64,000 nucleotides of DNA from the NCBI GenBank assembly GCA_050331235.1, contig JBHJHA010000011.1:32001-96000 (forward strand). The letters run 5' to 3'. The position numbers and the translations under genes are program-made. This stretch comes from Leptolyngbyaceae cyanobacterium (GTDB lineage Bacteria; Cyanobacteriota; Cyanobacteriia; Phormidesmidales; Phormidesmidaceae). Positions 61,188 through 64,000 of this stretch are shown in pieces (positions within the stretch are counted from its first letter, which is position 1; every line of letters starts with the position of its first letter). Under the pieces are notes generated by a model. That model had not been told where the DNA came from. It did no database searches and saw only the letters and a list, made by a program, of their open reading frames with translations.

Positions 61188-63158
61188 CTAGGATCCCTGA
61201 CGGAGCTTGTCGAGCACGCTTTGGTCTTCCATGGTGGTCGCATCGCCCACGATATCTTCGCCGCTCGCTAGATTCCGTAGGAAGCGACGAATGATCTTGC
61301 CCGATCGCGTTTTGGGCAGCGAGTCAGCAAAGCGAATATCCGCCGGTCGGGCGATCGCGCCGATTTCTTTCACGACGTGCTGTTTCAATTCACCTTTCAG
61401 GTCATCGCTGGGCGAGTGAGTGCCCTCCAGAGTGACAAAGGCAAAGACCTCTTCGCCAGTGATTTCATTTTTGCGCCCCACGACGGCAGCTTCGGCCACG
61501 GCAGGATGAGAAACCAAGGCTGATTCAATTTCCATCGTGCCCAGACGGTGACCGGAGACACTTAGCACATCATCGACCCGACCCATCACCCAAAAGTAGC
61601 CGTCCTCATCCCGACGAGCCCCGTCGCCAGCAAAGTAGAGATACTGGCCGTCTTTGGGGGGAATGTGCTCCCAGTAAGTGCGACGGAACCGTTCATCGTT
61701 GCCGTAGACGGTGCGCATCATACTGGGCCAGGGATGCTTGACGACTAAATAGCCCCCCTCGTTATCGCCAACAGGGTTGCCTTCTAAGTCCACCACGTCT
61801 GCCAAAATGCCGGGAAAAGGTTTGGTTGCCGAACCAGGCTTTGTTGGCGTGGCCCCCGGTAGCGGCGTTAGCATGAAGCCGCCAGTTTCCGTTTGCCACC
61901 AGGTATCCACAATCGGACAGTTACCGCCGCCAATGGTGTTGTGATACCAAATCCAGGCTTCGGGGTTGATCGGTTCACCCACGGTGCCCAAGATGCGTAG
62001 GGAAGAAAGATCGCGGGCTTTTGGTTCCTGATCGCCCATTTTCATAAAGGCGCGAATTGCCGTAGGTGCCGTGTAGAAAATATTGACGCCGTACTTTTCC
62101 ACAACATCCCAAAAACAGCCGGGGTTCGACGGACGGGGCACCCCTTCATACATTAGGCTGGTGGCCCCATTCGATAACGGACCATACACGATGTAGCTGT
62201 GGCCAGTGATCCAGCCCACGTCAGCCGTACACCAGTAGACGTCTGTATCCTTATGGTCAAACGTCCATTTGAAGGTCATATGGGTGTAGAGGTTGTATCC
62301 CCCCGTTGTATGCACCACGCCCTTGGGTTTACCGGTGGTGCCGCTGGTGTAGAGGATGAACAACATGTCCTCAGCGTCCATTTCCTCAGCGGGGCAGTTG
62401 CCAGAGGCGCCGGGTTTGAGGTCATGCCACCAGTGGTCGCGCCCTTCCACCATGGGAATGTCTTCTTTCGTGCGCTGCACCACGAGAACGTTCTCGACAC
62501 TCGGTGCCGCATCGTTTTCGAGGGCCTGATCTACCGCTGCCTTGAGGGGAATGACCTTATCTTTGCGGAAGCCGCCGTCAGCAGTGATAACGAGTTTGGC
62601 TTCGGCATCATTGAGGCGATCACGCAGCGCATCCGCACTAAAGCCTCCGAACACGACAGTGTGGGGTGCCCCAATCCGGGCACAGGCCAGCATGGCGATC
62701 GCCGCCTCCGGAATCATGGGCATGTACAGCCCAACGCGATCGCCCTTTTGCACGCCTAAGTCTTTCAGTACGTTCGCCATCTGGCAGACTTCGCGGTGCA
62801 GTTCACCATAGGTTAACGTCCGTGAGTCGCCGGGTTCGCCTTCCCAAATGAGTGCTGCCTTGTTCCGCCGCCAGGTGGTGAGGTGGCGATCCAAACAGTT
62901 GTAGGAAATATTGATCTTGCCGCCGCTAAACCATTTTGCAAAGGGCGGTTGCCAGTCAAGTACCGTGTCCCATTTCTTGAACCAGTGCAGCTCCTTTTGG
63001 GCTAAGTCAGCCCAAAAGGCCGCCGGGTCCGCAGCCGCTTTGTCATTAAGTTCCTGGTACTCTGCCATGCTCTTGATGCGGGCATGGTCGGCAAAGTCAG
63101 CCGGCGGCTCAAACAAGCGCTTTTCATTCAGGATGGATTCGATCGTCGGTTGAGACAT
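61188..63158 (-). CDS. acs: Acetyl-CoA synthetase
   Basis: [35 protein letters not shown] and [12 protein letters not shown] at 63158. Confidence 0.97.
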   Translation of the reverse strand: MSQPTIESILNEKRLFEPPADFADHARIKSMAEYQELNDKAAADPAAFWADLAQKELHWFKKWDTVLDWQPPFAKWFSGGKINISYNCLDRHLTTWRRNKAALIWEGEPGDSRTLTYGELHREVCQMANVLKDLGVQKGDRVGLYMPMIPEAAIAMLACARIGAPHTVVFGGFSADALRDRLNDAEAKLVITADGGFRKDKVIPLKAAVDQALENDAAPSVENVLVVQRTKEDIPMVEGRDHWWHDLKPGASGNCPAEEMDAEDMLFILYTSGTTGKPKGVVHTTGGYNLYTHMTFKWTFDHKDTDVYWCTADVGWITGHSYIVYGPLSNGATSLMYEGVPRPSNPGCFWDVVEKYGVNIFYTAPTAIRAFMKMGDQEPKARDLSSLRILGTVGEPINPEAWIWYHNTIGGGNCPIVDTWWQTETGGFMLTPLPGATPTKPGSATKPFPGILADVVDLEGNPVGDNEGGYLVVKHPWPSMMRTVYGNDERFRRTYWEHIPPKDGQYLYFAGDGARRDEDGYFWVMGRVDDVLSVSGHRLGTMEIESALVSHPAVAEAAVVGRKNEITGEEVFAFVTLEGTHSPSDDLKGELKQHVVKEIGAIARPADIRFADSLPKTRSGKIIRRFLRNLASGEDIVGDATTMEDQSVLDKLRQGS

Positions 63159-63544
63159 AGAACGTGATGTGAAACTGCGAAATCTAAGGGCAATGCTGAT
63201 GGTCAGCAGGCTGCCTCTCAAACTTACTGTGTTTTTCAACACAGAAAAATTAGTCTGTGTGAATTTTTAACGTCGGGTTAGCCAGCGATCGGCTCTCTTG
63301 GCGGTGGAAAAAGTCCGGTCCCATATCCAGAATTCCTGGCGGCCGATATCGTTCTGACGTTGCCTGCTCAAACCCGCATCTCGGCGTTGTTTGGCCTAAT
63401 TGCGGTTACTGTGGTTGCGATGAATCATGTTCAATCGGGAAAGCAAAATCAAAGGAAGCAAGCTAAACCCTCACGGTTGACCCCAGCAACCAGCCCTTGA
63501 CGACCCTATGCTTAAATCAGCGGCGCTATGCAGGAACCTCCATC

Positions 63545-64000
63545 ATGCCGATTCGTCCGTTTTCTTCCTTTCGTCATCGCAATGCGTTCCTCTTCCTGGT
63601 GGGGCTTTTGCTTCCAGGAGTGGGTGCTTGCTATGAGCAATCTTTATCTTGGGATGCCCTGAAGAGTGAAATTCGGCGGGAGTTTCCGACGGTTGAGCAT
63701 ATTTCGGTGGCGGAGCTAGAGCAGCGCCTAATCGACACAACTAGCGACCAGATGCTGATTGTCGACGTGCGTAGACCGGAGGAATTTGCTGTGAGCCACT
63801 TACAAAACGCCGTTAATTTGGAGGATCCAGCGGCAATTGTGGCGCTAGCGGAGCAGACCCAAGCCGACCAAATCGTGGTTTATTGCTCGGTGGGCTATCG
63901 CTCCGCCAGAGTGGCTGCAGAGCTGGAAAATCAAGGGTTAGATGCAGTGGTCAACCTTGAAGGCTCGATCTTTGCGTGGGCTAACTCACAGCGCCCGGTC
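63545..64000 (+). CDS. Rhodanese-domain (lipo)protein, truncated by the window edge
   Basis: Manual translation from ATG 63545: signal with VGAC lipobox, IVDVRRPEEFAVSHLQNA, VVYCSVGYRS and NLEGSIFAW. Confidence 0.85.
   Translation, partial: MPIRPFSSFRHRNAFLFLVGLLLPGVGACYEQSLSWDALKSEIRREFPTVEHISVAELEQRLIDTTSDQMLIVDVRRPEEFAVSHLQNAVNLEDPAAIVALAEQTQADQIVVYCSVGYRSARVAAELENQGLDAVVNLEGSIFAWANSQRPV

Larger units (their letters stand above)
928..62742. repeat. HIP1 highly iterated palindrome GCGATCGC, dispersed through the window
   Basis: Dozens of GCGATCGC octamers in coding and non-coding DNA (e.g. 928, 28838, 34759, 39982, 43359). This is a cyanobacterial hallmark. Confidence 0.95.

Noticed and set aside
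29..63740. Numerous short ORF-track entries overlapping real genes (e.g. 1337-1744, 22363-22827, 40952-41443, 52365-52847, 58260-58868, 62199-62759)
   Set aside because: They are antisense or out-of-frame shadows of well-supported genes and carry no motifs of their own.
1..64000. CRISPR arrays, transposases, integrases, prophage or reverse transcriptase genes
   Set aside because: I saw no regularly spaced direct repeats and no recognisable mobile-element protein motifs on either strand.

Overview
This is cyanobacterial chromosomal DNA: HIP1 GCGATCGC octamers occur throughout, alongside chlI, psb29/thf1, cp12, a flavodiiron gene and ycf46. hetZ-patU and an hpsJ-like gene point to a filamentous strain. 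Most of the window is core genome: uvrA (partial), a TPR Ser/Thr kinase, hetZ-patU, a cytochrome c6-like gene, a large GAF/PAS GGDEF-EAL protein, ruvC-chlI, rbp, three tRNAs, the rpmH-rnpA-PH-yidC-jag-yceD-ycf46 operon, pntAB, flv3, cp12 and acs. The most notable element is a ~10 kb cluster (33.5-43.7 kb) that reads as a near-complete glycine betaine uptake and catabolism pathway. It encodes a Na+-type BCCT transporter, a Rieske oxygenase with no partner reductase, a dimethylglycine oxidase-like enzyme, monomeric sarcosine oxidase, L-serine dehydratase and a GntR/HutC regulator with candidate operators. I know cyanobacteria as makers and importers of betaine, not degraders of it. Other observations are several highly structured non-coding stretches and a conserved gene whose expected ATG start reads AAG. 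All product calls come from motifs recognised by eye; no database searches were run.
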